A stretch of DNA of 64,000 nt from Candidatus Latescibacterota bacterium. Lineage in GTDB: Bacteria > Latescibacterota > UBA2968 > GCA-2709665. The number at the start of each line of letters is the position of its first letter. Positions within the stretch are counted from its first letter, which is position 1. A program made the translations under genes and the position numbers. Under the pieces are notes generated by a model. The model saw only the letters and a program-made list of their open reading frames with translations, ran no database searches and was not told the DNA's origin. The DNA lies in contig OZ252100.1 in NCBI GenBank assembly GCA_965248435.1, positions 2,144,001 through 2,208,000 of the forward strand, written 5' to 3'. Shown one piece after another: positions 1-8,979 of the stretch.

Positions 1-618
1 TTCAGGTCTGTTGTCTCCATCCACGTCCCCCACGGCCAGATCCCCCACGTGTTTAGGCACCTGGAGGATTTCAGATGCCTCTAGGGACCCTGCCCGCCAC
101 CTGTAATTGACCACCTCCGTCGAACCCAGTTCCGACTCGCTTTCAATCTGGTAGAGCGTCGCTATCACCTCGGCTCGGCCATCCCCGTCCAGGTCCTCCG
201 CTTCAATGCGATCGGTCCACTGTGAAGGCAGGTCCACGACCTGAGTTACCTCCAGCCGATCCCCTCTCAAGCCCAGTAGCATTATGCGACCGGAGCCGAC
301 TGCCACCACTTCCGCGTGTCCATCTCCATCCAGATCTCCGGCCGCCACATCCTTCACGACGTGCAGCTCCGGGCTTCGCCACAGAAGCTCCAGAAGCCAT
401 CCATTCTGTCTGTAGACTTCCACCCTGGCCTGGCTCGCGAGAACCGGATCCGTCGCACGCCGAAAAGGGCCGACGCGTCCCCCGACGATCACCTCATCGA
501 TCCCGTCACCGTCCACATCTCCCCTGGCGAATCTGGGTTTGGTTATCGTCTGCTCGAAGTCGAAGGCAAGGACGTTCAGGGAAGCAAAGAAAATCAGGCA
601 GATAAAGAACAAACCCAA
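1..618 (-). CDS. FG-GAP/VCBS repeat protein, secreted, 3' end runs off window
   Basis: Manually translated minus frame gives four GDxDGDGxxE-type motifs (GDVDGDGIDEV, GDLDGDGHAEV, EDLDGDGRAEV, GDVDGDNRPE) after a hydrophobic N-terminus. Start uncertain: TTG 618 follows GGAGG, but the frame is open further upstream. Absent from the ORF track. Confidence 0.75.
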   Translation of the reverse strand, partial: MGLFFICLIFFASLNVLAFDFEQTITKPRFARGDVDGDGIDEVIVGGRVGPFRRATDPVLASQARVEVYRQNGWLLELLWRSPELHVVKDVAAGDLDGDGHAEVVAVGSGRIMLLGLRGDRLEVTQVVDLPSQWTDRIEAEDLDGDGRAEVIATLYQIESESELGSTEVVNYRWRAGSLEASEILQVPKHVGDLAVGDVDGDNRPE

Positions 619-745
619 CCAGCGTGCACCTCCTGCTCCACCTCGAGCAGACGGCTCATTGTTCAGAACGAACGACGATCCACGATCGACGATCCACGAG
701 ATCGGCAAAATACAAGCGCCTTCTATCTGGGGCCGACAGATCACC

Positions 746-1471
746 TCAAAACCCCCTATCATCGATGTGGACCCACGACACGCGCTGCTGGCCGCTGACC
801 GAGACTGAAGTCTCGGTCAGCGGAAGAATAAAATCAACCCCCACGTCTCGCGATTCATTAAAGATTTCTTGCGCCCGCACGTCTGCATCCACGCGACTTT
901 GATCTACGTCTACGTCCACAGCGTCTCCGTAAATGTGCCGGCTGTAGGTGGCCCCTCCGACTTCCCGATTGTGTTCGGGGGTGCGGAAGTTGCTTGTGAT
1001 AACCAGGGGTCGGCCCAGGCCGGAGCGAATCAGCTGAACATGATCCACGATCTGGGGGTCCACGTAGGCGCGGGTACCACCCCTTCGCATCGTCGGTGAG
1101 ACATACTCCGCGAGCCGGAAATTGGGTGTGACCAACTCGGACGCGTCTGTTCTTGCGAGATCGATAAAGTAGGCCACCGCGTTATAATGCTTCATTCGCG
1201 TCGTTCCGAAACTGTTCGATCCGGGAGCCGGATAGGTCGCGGTGAGATTTCGGTCCTGGATCAGGCTCAGGCGAAGCCCGTTGGGAAACGTCACAGTCCC
1301 GGAATACGGAGGATCCGAAGCTCCCGGGGAGCTCCCGATTCGAATCTCGGCAGACATCGACGTCTCGCGACCGCAGCCGGCCAACACGCCGACAGCGAAA
1401 CAGAGCATCCCACCTAAGAAATGTCTACTATTCACGGTGGCAAGGTGCATCCAGATTCTTTCCTTCATCAT
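746..1471 (-). CDS. Peptidase M15A (D-Ala-D-Ala carboxypeptidase/YcbK-like) lipoprotein
   Basis: Lipobox LAGC; motifs TPNFRLAEY, ITSNFRTPEHNREVGGA..SRHIYGDAVD, WVHIDDRG. Confidence 0.85.
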   Translation of the reverse strand: MMKERIWMHLATVNSRHFLGGMLCFAVGVLAGCGRETSMSAEIRIGSSPGASDPPYSGTVTFPNGLRLSLIQDRNLTATYPAPGSNSFGTTRMKHYNAVAYFIDLARTDASELVTPNFRLAEYVSPTMRRGGTRAYVDPQIVDHVQLIRSGLGRPLVITSNFRTPEHNREVGGATYSRHIYGDAVDVDVDQSRVDADVRAQEIFNESRDVGVDFILPLTETSVSVSGQQRVSWVHIDDRGF

Positions 1472-1504
1472 TCGTTTTTCTATGCGCCTTCTGCGACCAC
1501 GCCG

Positions 1505-1745
1505 TGATTCCCCGGTACCGGTGTTCTGATTCCCCGGTACCCGTGTTCTGATTCCCCGGTACCCGTGTTCTGATTCCCCGGTACCGGTGTTCTGATTCCC
1601 CGGTACCCGTGTTCTGATTCCCCGGTACCCGTGTTCTGATTCCCCGGTACCCGTGTTCTGATTTCCCCGGTACCCGTGTTCTGATTCCCCGGTACCCGTG
1701 TTCTGATTCCCCGGTACCCGTGTTCTGATTCCCCGGTACCCGGTT
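1505..1745. repeat. Tandem array of 22-bp unit GGTACCCGTGTTCTGATTCCCC (11 GGTACC cores)
   Basis: Read directly; no spacers between units. Confidence 0.97.
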
Positions 1746-1747
1746 CT

Positions 1748-2578
1748 TCATCTTTTAATCGCCCTGAGTGCACGACCCACCTTAAAGCGCACCCCCTCGT
1801 CCGGATCTTCAAGCATTCCATTCAAGCGGATCTCGGCCTCCCTCCCGCCGAGCCTCCCGAGCGCGGAGACCGCGCTTCCCCTCACGCGCGGATTCGGATG
1901 CGCGAGGTAGGCTATGCAAGGTGACAGGACGCGCTCATCGCCAGTTCGACCCAGGCCGACCAGGACGGCCGCGATCACTGTATCCGAAGTATCATTCAGG
2001 GCCGCAGTCAGGAGCTGCGCCGCGTCACTGTGCCCGACCTCCCCGAGCGCGTGCGCCGCCGCCATCCTCACCCAGGTATTCGAATCGGTGAGCCGAGCTG
2101 CAATGACCTCCACGCTGGCAGCAGCCCTCAGCTTTCCCAGCGCCTCCAGTGCAGTGACAACCGACTGCCAGTCTCCGCTTTCCGCCGCCAGGCGGGTAAG
2201 CGGACCCACAGCATCATCGCCTTGTCTCAGAAGGACCGCCACGAACTCCAGTTTCTCTTCCCCGGGGGCAACCTCCATCAACCTCACGGCCAGCCGAGAG
2301 GCCTGAACCCCGTCCTTCTGGACGGCGCTCTGGAGCAACCTGCCCAGTAGGCGCTGGTCCCCCATCTTATAACGTGAGGCCAGAAAGACGCCCCCACCCT
2401 CCACTTCGAGCAGCCGCGTGCCTGCCGCGAGCCTCTCATCAGGGGGCAAATTCACGTCCGCGAAACGCCGCTTTAGGGTTTCCTTGGGGACGTTGCTTTC
2501 AGCATCCTGTGGCGACGGCTTCTCATCGCACGCCTGAAATAGCACAGTAAACAGGAGGATCCAGCACAGAAGGATCAC
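1748..2578 (-). CDS. HEAT-repeat protein, probable lipoprotein
   Basis: Repeated WVRMAAAHALGEVG / VRGSAVSALGRLG motifs; hydrophobic N-terminus ending FQAC; GTG at 2578 overlaps the upstream stop (GTGA). Confidence 0.85.
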   Translation of the reverse strand: MILLCWILLFTVLFQACDEKPSPQDAESNVPKETLKRRFADVNLPPDERLAAGTRLLEVEGGGVFLASRYKMGDQRLLGRLLQSAVQKDGVQASRLAVRLMEVAPGEEKLEFVAVLLRQGDDAVGPLTRLAAESGDWQSVVTALEALGKLRAAASVEVIAARLTDSNTWVRMAAAHALGEVGHSDAAQLLTAALNDTSDTVIAAVLVGLGRTGDERVLSPCIAYLAHPNPRVRGSAVSALGRLGGREAEIRLNGMLEDPDEGVRFKVGRALRAIKR

Positions 2579-2745
2579 GCGCCCTCCACTCGCTTCTGGA
2601 TCCACCAACCCACAAAAAAGAGCCCCCCTCCGATGGCTGTCAGCTTCAACTCGCCGGCGATATCTCCTTCAACGAGCCCGAGCGCAAGAGCATATCCGAC
2701 TCCGATCAAACCGATAAGCTGAAGGGCCCTTGCAAGATGTCTCAT
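2575..2745 (-). CDS. Small two-TM membrane protein (56 aa)
   Basis: Manual translation MRHLARALQLIGLIGVGYALALGLVEGDIAGELKLTAIGGGLFFVGWWIQKRVEGA*; GAGG 5 nt before ATG; stop overlaps next start; below ORF-track cutoff. Confidence 0.7.
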   Translation of the reverse strand: MRHLARALQLIGLIGVGYALALGLVEGDIAGELKLTAIGGGLFFVGWWIQKRVEGA

Positions 2746-2755
2746 GTGCGCCTCG

Positions 2756-2783
2756 AAAAAAGGCCCCTCGCATGCAAGGGGCC
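2756..2783 (-). terminator. Intrinsic terminator
   Basis: Minus strand GGCCCCT-tgcatgcg-AGGGGCC-TTTTTT. Confidence 0.8.
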
Positions 2784-2826
2784 GTGCACTCAGTCAGGAT
2801 TGGGTAGTCAAGACAACACCAGCGGC
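2756..2826 (-). ncRNA. Candidate ~70-nt small RNA or terminated 5' leader
   Basis: Bounded by a perfect sigma70 promoter and an intrinsic terminator; family not recognised. Confidence 0.45.
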
Positions 2827-2831
2827 ACAAA

Positions 2832-2860
2832 ATTATAGGTCATGCGGCATATTTTGTCAA
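2832..2860 (-). promoter_or_regulatory. Sigma70-type promoter, perfect consensus
   Basis: Minus strand TTGACA-aaatatgccgcatgacc (17 bp)-TATAAT. Confidence 0.85.
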
Positions 2861-3013
2861 CGCAGGGGCCCTGGTAGGTGCCTTCGAGGCCTGAAAGTCC
2901 CCCCAGGCAAGGTGAAAGGCGGATCGCCCCTATCTGGTATGCTTTTCGCTTAATGCTATCCGGTTGAGAGGCCCACGATCTAGGACCGACGAACCACGAT
3001 TCACGGTTTCTTC

Positions 3014-3042
3014 TTGACCGGGTCATCTAAATTCTCTATCTT
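3014..3042 (+). promoter_or_regulatory. Sigma70-type promoter for flgM-like gene
   Basis: TTGACC-17 bp-TATCTT, about 30 nt before ATG 3072. Confidence 0.55.
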
Positions 3043-3071
3043 AAGGTATCCTTTTTTAAGGTACTTCGACA

Positions 3072-3386
3072 ATGGCAAGAATAGACGACATCCCTCAGTC
3101 AGAAGACCCCCGGCGCACAGAGCGGGCCCAGGCCCGGCGTCAGACGGAGGCTGCCAAACAGTCGGCGGCGAGTCCAGCCGCTCCAGCCGATCGGGTAGAA
3201 GTATCCAATACGGCCCGTGAGGCGCAGGCCCTGCAGGATCGGCTTGTGGATGGGGTACGAAACCAACCTGACGTCCGTCAGGACAAGGTGGCCCAGGCTC
3301 GAGCCCGTATGGAATCCGGGGAGCTCGACAGCCCCGAAGCTCGCCAGGCCATCGCAGACAAGCTTCTGGAATCGTTCGACCTTTAG
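3072..3386 (+). CDS. flgM: Anti-sigma-28 factor FlgM family protein
   Basis: DRVEVS...PDVRQDKV...IADKLL signature; 104 aa with low-complexity N-terminus. Confidence 0.8.
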   Translation: MARIDDIPQSEDPRRTERAQARRQTEAAKQSAASPAAPADRVEVSNTAREAQALQDRLVDGVRNQPDVRQDKVAQARARMESGELDSPEARQAIADKLLESFDL

Positions 3387-3410
3387 ATCTGAATCTACTC
3401 GCTGTGAATT

Positions 3411-3451
3411 AAAGGCGGCCGGCATCGAAGAGATGCCGGCCGCTTCTGTTT
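3411..3451. terminator. Likely bidirectional terminator between convergent flgM and TolC genes
   Basis: 12-bp stem GCGGCCGGCATC-gaaga-GATGCCGGCCGC with A-rich and T-rich flanks. Confidence 0.7.
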
Positions 3452-3460
3452 GTCATCTAA

Positions 3461-3487
3461 AGAGACGCCCCACCGGGGCGTCTCTAC
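3461..3487 (-). repeat. GTAG-type REP-like palindrome
   Basis: Minus strand GTAGAGACGCCCCGGTGGGGCGTCTCT; related copies at 14056, 28908, 32126, 44098. Confidence 0.8.
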
Positions 3488-3503
3488 ACGATTTACTGGT
3501 TTT

Positions 3504-3540
3504 GCGGTACCCGGTACCCGTGTTTTTGGTCCCGGTACCC
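3504..3540. repeat. Single-unit copy of the GGTACC repeat family
   Basis: GCGGTACCCGGTACCCGTGTTTTTGGTCCCGGTACCC; same left end as the 39371 array. Confidence 0.8.
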
Positions 3541-3544
3541 GATT

Positions 3545-4921
3545 CTAGCCGCCTTCCTCCTCGCCTCTGCCGCCCATCGCCTGATCCAGCCTTGCCAGCG
3601 CTGTCTGATAGTCATAGATCGCCTGAACGAGCTCGCTTCGAGCCTCGAAAAGGGTTACCTGCGCCGTTTGACGTTCCAGGAAGGTCCCCGCCCCCAGCTT
3701 GTATCGTTCGTCCTGCAGCTTGAAATCCTCTTCTGCAGCCTGAACTGCGGCCTGGTTCGCTTCCGTGAGGAGCCGAAGGCGCTCGAGGCTGAGAAACGTC
3801 TGCTGAATGTCCAGCGCTGTCTCCCTTCTTGCCTGCTCCAGCATTTCTTCGCTTCGCAGCAGCTGGAGCTTCCGACTTTTCACCTGATACTCCGTGCTCA
3901 ACCGGTCAAAGACCGGCAGGCTGACCCGCATGTTGAAACTGTAGTTGTAGTTCCTGTCGAACAGGTCTCCGAGCCCCCCGAAATCTTCATCCTTTGCCAG
4001 CGTCCAGTTGTATCCAGCGTTCATGCTGACGGTGGGATGACGCAGGCGAAACTGCGTCGCCCGCAGATTGTCGCGGTCCCGCATCATGAAATATTCTTGC
4101 GAAAGCAGGCTCGGATGTCGTTCCATCGCTCGATTCAGGGCCTCTTCGTAGGTCACCTTCGGAGGTTCGACCTCGAACTGCTCATCAGCCAGTACGACGC
4201 GGACGTCGGTTCCCAATCCCAGGCGGAAGCCCAGGTTGGACCGGGCGACCTCAACGTCGTTTTCCCGACTGATCAGATTACTGCGGTCTCGCTGGAGCTG
4301 CGACTTCGCACTGTACACCTGTGCGATATGCGCCGATCCAATCTCATAAAGGGTCTCGCTACGTCGATGTGTCTCCTCCGAGACCTGGATCTGTTCCTGC
4401 TGTACCTCCAGCAGTTTGATCGCCTTCAACAACCCGAAGTAAGCCTCCTTCGTCTGAAAAACTACCTGCTGCCGGCTCCGGCTCAGATTCATCTCCGCAG
4501 CCATCTTACCGTTCTTGCTGGACGAGAGATCTGCAAATTTGCTCAGGTCCAGAATCGGCACGTTGAAGCTGGCCCCCACGTTCTGCGAGCCGCTCGTGCG
4601 GCTGTTGCCCACTGTCGTGATCAGCCGTCCGGTCGTCTCATCGAGCTGCGCCCCTTCCCGCGGCCCGATAAGAGAGCGATTAAAGGTATAGTTCGTGCTC
4701 ACGCTCGGCAGGAAGGCCCCTTTTGCCCTGGCGACCTCTGTCCCGGCCATATCCAGATCATAACCACCCTGGACGACCAGGGAGTTGGTCTTGAGGGCTG
4801 TCTCCAGGCACTCAGCGAGGGTCAGCTTGACTTTTTTGACCTCTGGCCCTTGACCAAAAGAGACAAGCGGCCCGACGAAGAAACCGACGCTGAGCAAGAG
4901 GGTGTAGACGAATCTCGCCAT
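3545..4921 (-). CDS. TolC-family outer membrane efflux protein
   Basis: Signal peptide; LTLAECLETAL, AKGAFLPSVS, RYKLGAGTFLE, YDYQTALARLDQAMG; ATG 4921 follows GAGG. Confidence 0.92.
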   Translation of the reverse strand: MARFVYTLLLSVGFFVGPLVSFGQGPEVKKVKLTLAECLETALKTNSLVVQGGYDLDMAGTEVARAKGAFLPSVSTNYTFNRSLIGPREGAQLDETTGRLITTVGNSRTSGSQNVGASFNVPILDLSKFADLSSSKNGKMAAEMNLSRSRQQVVFQTKEAYFGLLKAIKLLEVQQEQIQVSEETHRRSETLYEIGSAHIAQVYSAKSQLQRDRSNLISRENDVEVARSNLGFRLGLGTDVRVVLADEQFEVEPPKVTYEEALNRAMERHPSLLSQEYFMMRDRDNLRATQFRLRHPTVSMNAGYNWTLAKDEDFGGLGDLFDRNYNYSFNMRVSLPVFDRLSTEYQVKSRKLQLLRSEEMLEQARRETALDIQQTFLSLERLRLLTEANQAAVQAAEEDFKLQDERYKLGAGTFLERQTAQVTLFEARSELVQAIYDYQTALARLDQAMGGRGEEEGG

Positions 4922-4975
4922 AGGTTCCTCACTCGGAAAACGGTTTTGGATTGCGGGATGTCTGTTCAATCCGTG

Positions 4976-7900
4976 TCAATCCCCCCGATCCACGAGGGAA
5001 TAAACGGTAGGAATGATCACAAGCGTAAGTACCGTAGCGCTGATTAATCCAGCTACGACGGCGATGGCCATCGGCGTTCGAATCTCCGCACCTTCTCCGA
5101 GACCCAGGGCCATCGGCAGCAGACCGAGCACCGTTGTAGACGTCGTCATCACGATCGGCCGAAACCTGACAGAGGCCGCTTGTGCGATCGCGTCGAACTT
5201 GGCCATCCCGCCTCGCCGAAGGCGGTTGATGTAGTCGACCATAACGATGGCGTTGTTCACCACGATCCCGGCCAGCATAATCAGCCCCAGGAAGACCACG
5301 ACGCTCAAAGAGATACCCAGGAGATAAAGAACCAGGATAACGCCGATGAGTGCAAGCGGGATCGTGAAAATAATGATCAACGGGTGACTAAACGATTCGA
5401 ACTGAGAGGCCATCACGATGTAGACCAGAAAAATGGCCAGCCCAAGCGCAAACGCAAGGCTGTCCAGAGAGGTCTGCATCTCGCGATTCTGGCCGCCGAT
5501 CAATATATTGACGTCCTGCGGGACGTCCATCCCCTCGAGCGCCCGCTGGATCTTCCCCGTAACGGTCCCCAAATCGAACCCGCTCACATTGGCCGAAACC
5601 TTCACAGCCCGCTGCTGATCGATGCGACGAATCTCGCTGGGCCCTTCTTTAACGTGGATATCCGCGACGGCCGAAAGGGGGATGGGTACCTCCCCATCCG
5701 GATTCACGATCAGCCGCCTCAGGTCAGCCACGCTTGCTCGGTCCGCCTCGTTCACGCGAACCAGCATATCGATCCGTCGCTCCGCCTCACGGAATCGGGT
5801 GGCCACCTCCCCCTGGACCTTTTCTCTCACCAGGGAGGCGACCGAGCGCAGGTTCAACCCGAATTTCGCCAGCAGATCTCGCTGGTAGACGATCTGTACT
5901 TCCGGGCTGCCGCGCTGGAGGCTGGACTTGACGTCGTAGAGCCCTGGAATCCCTGACAATGCGACCTCCGCATCCCTTCCCAGCTGCCCCAGGCTCTGCA
6001 GGTCGTTGCCCCGAATCTCTACTTCGATAGGGGTCTTGGTCGTAAACAGATCCGTCCTCGAAAAATCAATCTTCACCTGAGGCAGATCCCTTAGCGCGCT
6101 ACGAAGCCGATCCATAAGCGCCTGCTCTCTCTGCGCGAGAAGGCTCTCGCCCGTGACTCCCCCCCAGATTTCTGCCGGCAGGGAACCCAGACGCCGCAGG
6201 ACGCGCGAGGCGCTACTCTTTTCTAGACCGTCCTCTTCCAGTGCGACAGTCACCTTCGCGGTATGTTCGCCCTGATTCTCAGATGTAATCGCGAGCCGGT
6301 CCACGCCCACGACGGATGCGACGCGTGCGATACCCTGTTCGGCGTTAACCCTGGACTCCAGTCGCTGAGCCATCTCGTTCGTCGCGCGGAGCGGCGTGCC
6401 GACCGGCATGGCCATCTCCAGGTTGAACTCACCCTGATGCACTTGTGGGATCAACTCGCTGCCGATCCTCGGAAGCAGCAGGAACCAGCAGGCCGCGAAC
6501 AGGGCCAGCGCGGTCAGGAGGACCCGCGCAGGGTTCTGAAGCGCCCATCGGAGGCCGGTCGGATAGCTCCGGCTCAGCGGGTCGAACCCGCGCTCGAAAA
6601 GGAACAGAATCGGCGCCAGGATGGGCAGGATCAACAGCCCCAGTAGGATAAGGCTTGCCATACCGGCCAGAAAGACCAGCAGCAGGGCCAGGACCAGGAC
6701 CTTGCCGGCAGAAGCGACGGCAAGGAAGATCACGAATCGTGCGAACAGATAGAAAGGCGTCAGGACGAAGAGCGCCGCCAGAAGCACAAGGGTGAGCAGT
6801 GTGGGCAAACTCCTGAGCGATCGTGCCCCGAGCCCCCCCTGGAGGGCCCACCTCACGACGCGCCGCATCGATCCCAGCGACCACCTGAGGGCGGGGCCGA
6901 TGTCGCTTCCAAGAGACTCAGGGGCTGTGAACGAAAGGAGATCGTCCCAGATCGTCCTAGCAAACCGGCGCTTGAACAGATCGCGATCTGTCCCCCACGA
7001 GCAGATCGCATCCCAAATCGGACCGGGTCCGCCCCGTTTCCGCAATCGTTGAACGCCGGCGGCCGCTGGAAAGTACGGAACGACTGCCAGGACCACGAAG
7101 ACCATCTTCAACAGGACGATGACCGCGGCCACCAGAATCCAAAGCGCCCGAACGACGAACTCCACAATGACGCATAAAATCAGTAGCAGGATCCACGCCA
7201 GGAACGTGGCGAAATCGCCTCCTCTCTCCCTTTCGGTTCGTACAGATCTTAACTTCTCGAGTGACCAGAGTTGCAACACCTCCGACCGCGTCATCTCGCC
7301 TACACGGCCACTTGACAAGCCTGGTCCAGCACTGCCTCCCATTTGAATTCTGCGGGAGGCCAGCATCGGGATGAAAAAGAGCGCAACGCCCAGCGACGCA
7401 ATCAGAGAAAAGACTACGGTCAGGGCCATGTCGCCGAACACCTGTCCTGCAACCCCCTCCACGAAGACGATCGGGAAGAACACGGCTACAGTCGTCAGGG
7501 TAGACGCAAAAACCGCGCCGCCCACCTCTCCGGTGCCTCGAATCGCGGCCGAAACGATGTCATCCCCCTCTTCCCGGCATCTGAAGATACTTTCCAGCAC
7601 CACGATCGAGTTGTCCACGAGCATCCCGATCCCCAGCGCCAGTCCACCGAGGGACATGATGTTCAGCGAAACGTCGAATATTTTCATCGGGGCGAACGTT
7701 GCCACGACGGAGATGGGGATGGCCAGGCCGACGATGGCGGTGTTGATTGGATTCCGGAGGAAGACGTAGAGCACCAGGATCGCGAGAAGTCCCCCGATCA
7801 CCGCGGTCCGCTTCACCTCATTCACGGACCCTTCGATAAACCTGGATTGGTCAGAAAGGACCTCCATCTCCATGCCGGCCGGCAATGAATACTGAATGAA

Positions 7901-8974
7901 GCTCGTCATCTCCTTCAGCTGCACGAACCGACGCACCTGGGCACCTCGATCCCCTTTCTTGGCCGCTTCGATCTGACCCACCTTCAGTTTGGCCACATAT
8001 TCGAGCTGCTCGGGAGACCCGAACAGTCGGCTGCGAACGCGGTTTGCGGTGGAGACGATGTTGGCATCCGCCTCCTTGAAAATCTCGATCTCGACGCTCT
8101 CCACGCCGTTCACCCGGGTAATCACCTCACGCTCTTTGTGAGCGCGCGAGACGTTCGCCACGTCCTTGAGCCGGATCTCGACTCCCTCCCGCTCACCGAC
8201 CACCAGGGCGCCGACCTCGTCCAACGACTGAAATTCGTTCAGCGTACGGACCAGGTACTGGGTCTGGGCGTCAAGCAGGCTGCCCCCTGCCAGGTTTACG
8301 TTCTCTTCGCGCAGCCGCCGGCTGATGTCGGCGATTCCGAGGCCCAGCAGGGCCAGCTGGCCTTCATCCACATCCACGCGAATCTCTTCCTCGAGGCCTC
8401 CGTGGACGCGTGCGGCCGCCACTCCTTTTAGGGCCTCCAGCTCCTGCCTGATTTCATCTTCTGCGATCTGCCTGAGGGAGTAGAGGTCCCCGCCGCTGTA
8501 AAGGCCCACGCGCATAATGGGGTCCTGTGTGGGATCGTATCGCAGGATCAGCGGTCGGTTGACCCCTTCGGGGAGGCGCAGGCGATCCAGGTTCTCCCTC
8601 GCCGTCTGCACGGCGTCGTTCATATCCGTGTCCCAGCCGAACTCCAGGATCACGTCGGAGACGCCGGCCCGAGAAATGGAGACGATGCTGACCAGGTTGT
8701 TCAACACGCCGAGGCGCTGCTCGATCGGGCGGGAAATCAGGTTCTCCACCTCCTCGGGCGCAGTGTCCGGGTACTCTGTGCGGATCGTCACTGTCGGGTA
8801 GGAGAGTTCAGGCATCAGAGTGAGGGCAAGCTGCTGATAGGAGATGTAGCCGAACACGGCCACGGCGACCACAACCATGAAAATGGCCACGGGCCTGCGG
8901 GTCGTGATTTCGAAGGTTCTCGAAATCTCCGACGGGCGGTCCTCTACCGGTCGACTTTCAGGCGATTCGTTCAT
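4976..8974 (-). CDS. RND permease (AcrB/AcrD/AcrF family), 1332 aa, with large hydrophobic insertion
   Basis: RRPVAIFM, GMLVDNSIVVLE, GIVVNNAIVMVD, RFRPIVMTT, MAIAVVAGL motifs. Confidence 0.95.
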   Translation of the reverse strand: MNESPESRPVEDRPSEISRTFEITTRRPVAIFMVVVAVAVFGYISYQQLALTLMPELSYPTVTIRTEYPDTAPEEVENLISRPIEQRLGVLNNLVSIVSISRAGVSDVILEFGWDTDMNDAVQTARENLDRLRLPEGVNRPLILRYDPTQDPIMRVGLYSGGDLYSLRQIAEDEIRQELEALKGVAAARVHGGLEEEIRVDVDEGQLALLGLGIADISRRLREENVNLAGGSLLDAQTQYLVRTLNEFQSLDEVGALVVGEREGVEIRLKDVANVSRAHKEREVITRVNGVESVEIEIFKEADANIVSTANRVRSRLFGSPEQLEYVAKLKVGQIEAAKKGDRGAQVRRFVQLKEMTSFIQYSLPAGMEMEVLSDQSRFIEGSVNEVKRTAVIGGLLAILVLYVFLRNPINTAIVGLAIPISVVATFAPMKIFDVSLNIMSLGGLALGIGMLVDNSIVVLESIFRCREEGDDIVSAAIRGTGEVGGAVFASTLTTVAVFFPIVFVEGVAGQVFGDMALTVVFSLIASLGVALFFIPMLASRRIQMGGSAGPGLSSGRVGEMTRSEVLQLWSLEKLRSVRTERERGGDFATFLAWILLLILCVIVEFVVRALWILVAAVIVLLKMVFVVLAVVPYFPAAAGVQRLRKRGGPGPIWDAICSWGTDRDLFKRRFARTIWDDLLSFTAPESLGSDIGPALRWSLGSMRRVVRWALQGGLGARSLRSLPTLLTLVLLAALFVLTPFYLFARFVIFLAVASAGKVLVLALLLVFLAGMASLILLGLLILPILAPILFLFERGFDPLSRSYPTGLRWALQNPARVLLTALALFAACWFLLLPRIGSELIPQVHQGEFNLEMAMPVGTPLRATNEMAQRLESRVNAEQGIARVASVVGVDRLAITSENQGEHTAKVTVALEEDGLEKSSASRVLRRLGSLPAEIWGGVTGESLLAQREQALMDRLRSALRDLPQVKIDFSRTDLFTTKTPIEVEIRGNDLQSLGQLGRDAEVALSGIPGLYDVKSSLQRGSPEVQIVYQRDLLAKFGLNLRSVASLVREKVQGEVATRFREAERRIDMLVRVNEADRASVADLRRLIVNPDGEVPIPLSAVADIHVKEGPSEIRRIDQQRAVKVSANVSGFDLGTVTGKIQRALEGMDVPQDVNILIGGQNREMQTSLDSLAFALGLAIFLVYIVMASQFESFSHPLIIIFTIPLALIGVILVLYLLGISLSVVVFLGLIMLAGIVVNNAIVMVDYINRLRRGGMAKFDAIAQAASVRFRPIVMTTSTTVLGLLPMALGLGEGAEIRTPMAIAVVAGLISATVLTLVIIPTVYSLVDRGD

Positions 8975-8979
8975 GTCTG

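Noticed and set aside
1505-1745. CRISPR array interpretation of the 22-bp repeats (also 39371-39590)
   Set aside because: Units abut with no unique spacers, and no cas genes are in the window.
1428-1821. ORFs with HGYRGIRTRVPGNQNTGTGESE repeats (and similar ORFs at 39245-39895)
   Set aside because: Artefacts of a stop-free 22-bp repeat read in rotating frames.
3668-5047. Long plus-strand ORFs antisense to real genes (also 8989-10329, 15471-16901, 43210-44808, 49586-50764, 59648-60838)
   Set aside because: Shadow ORFs of GC-rich minus-strand genes with no recognisable motifs.
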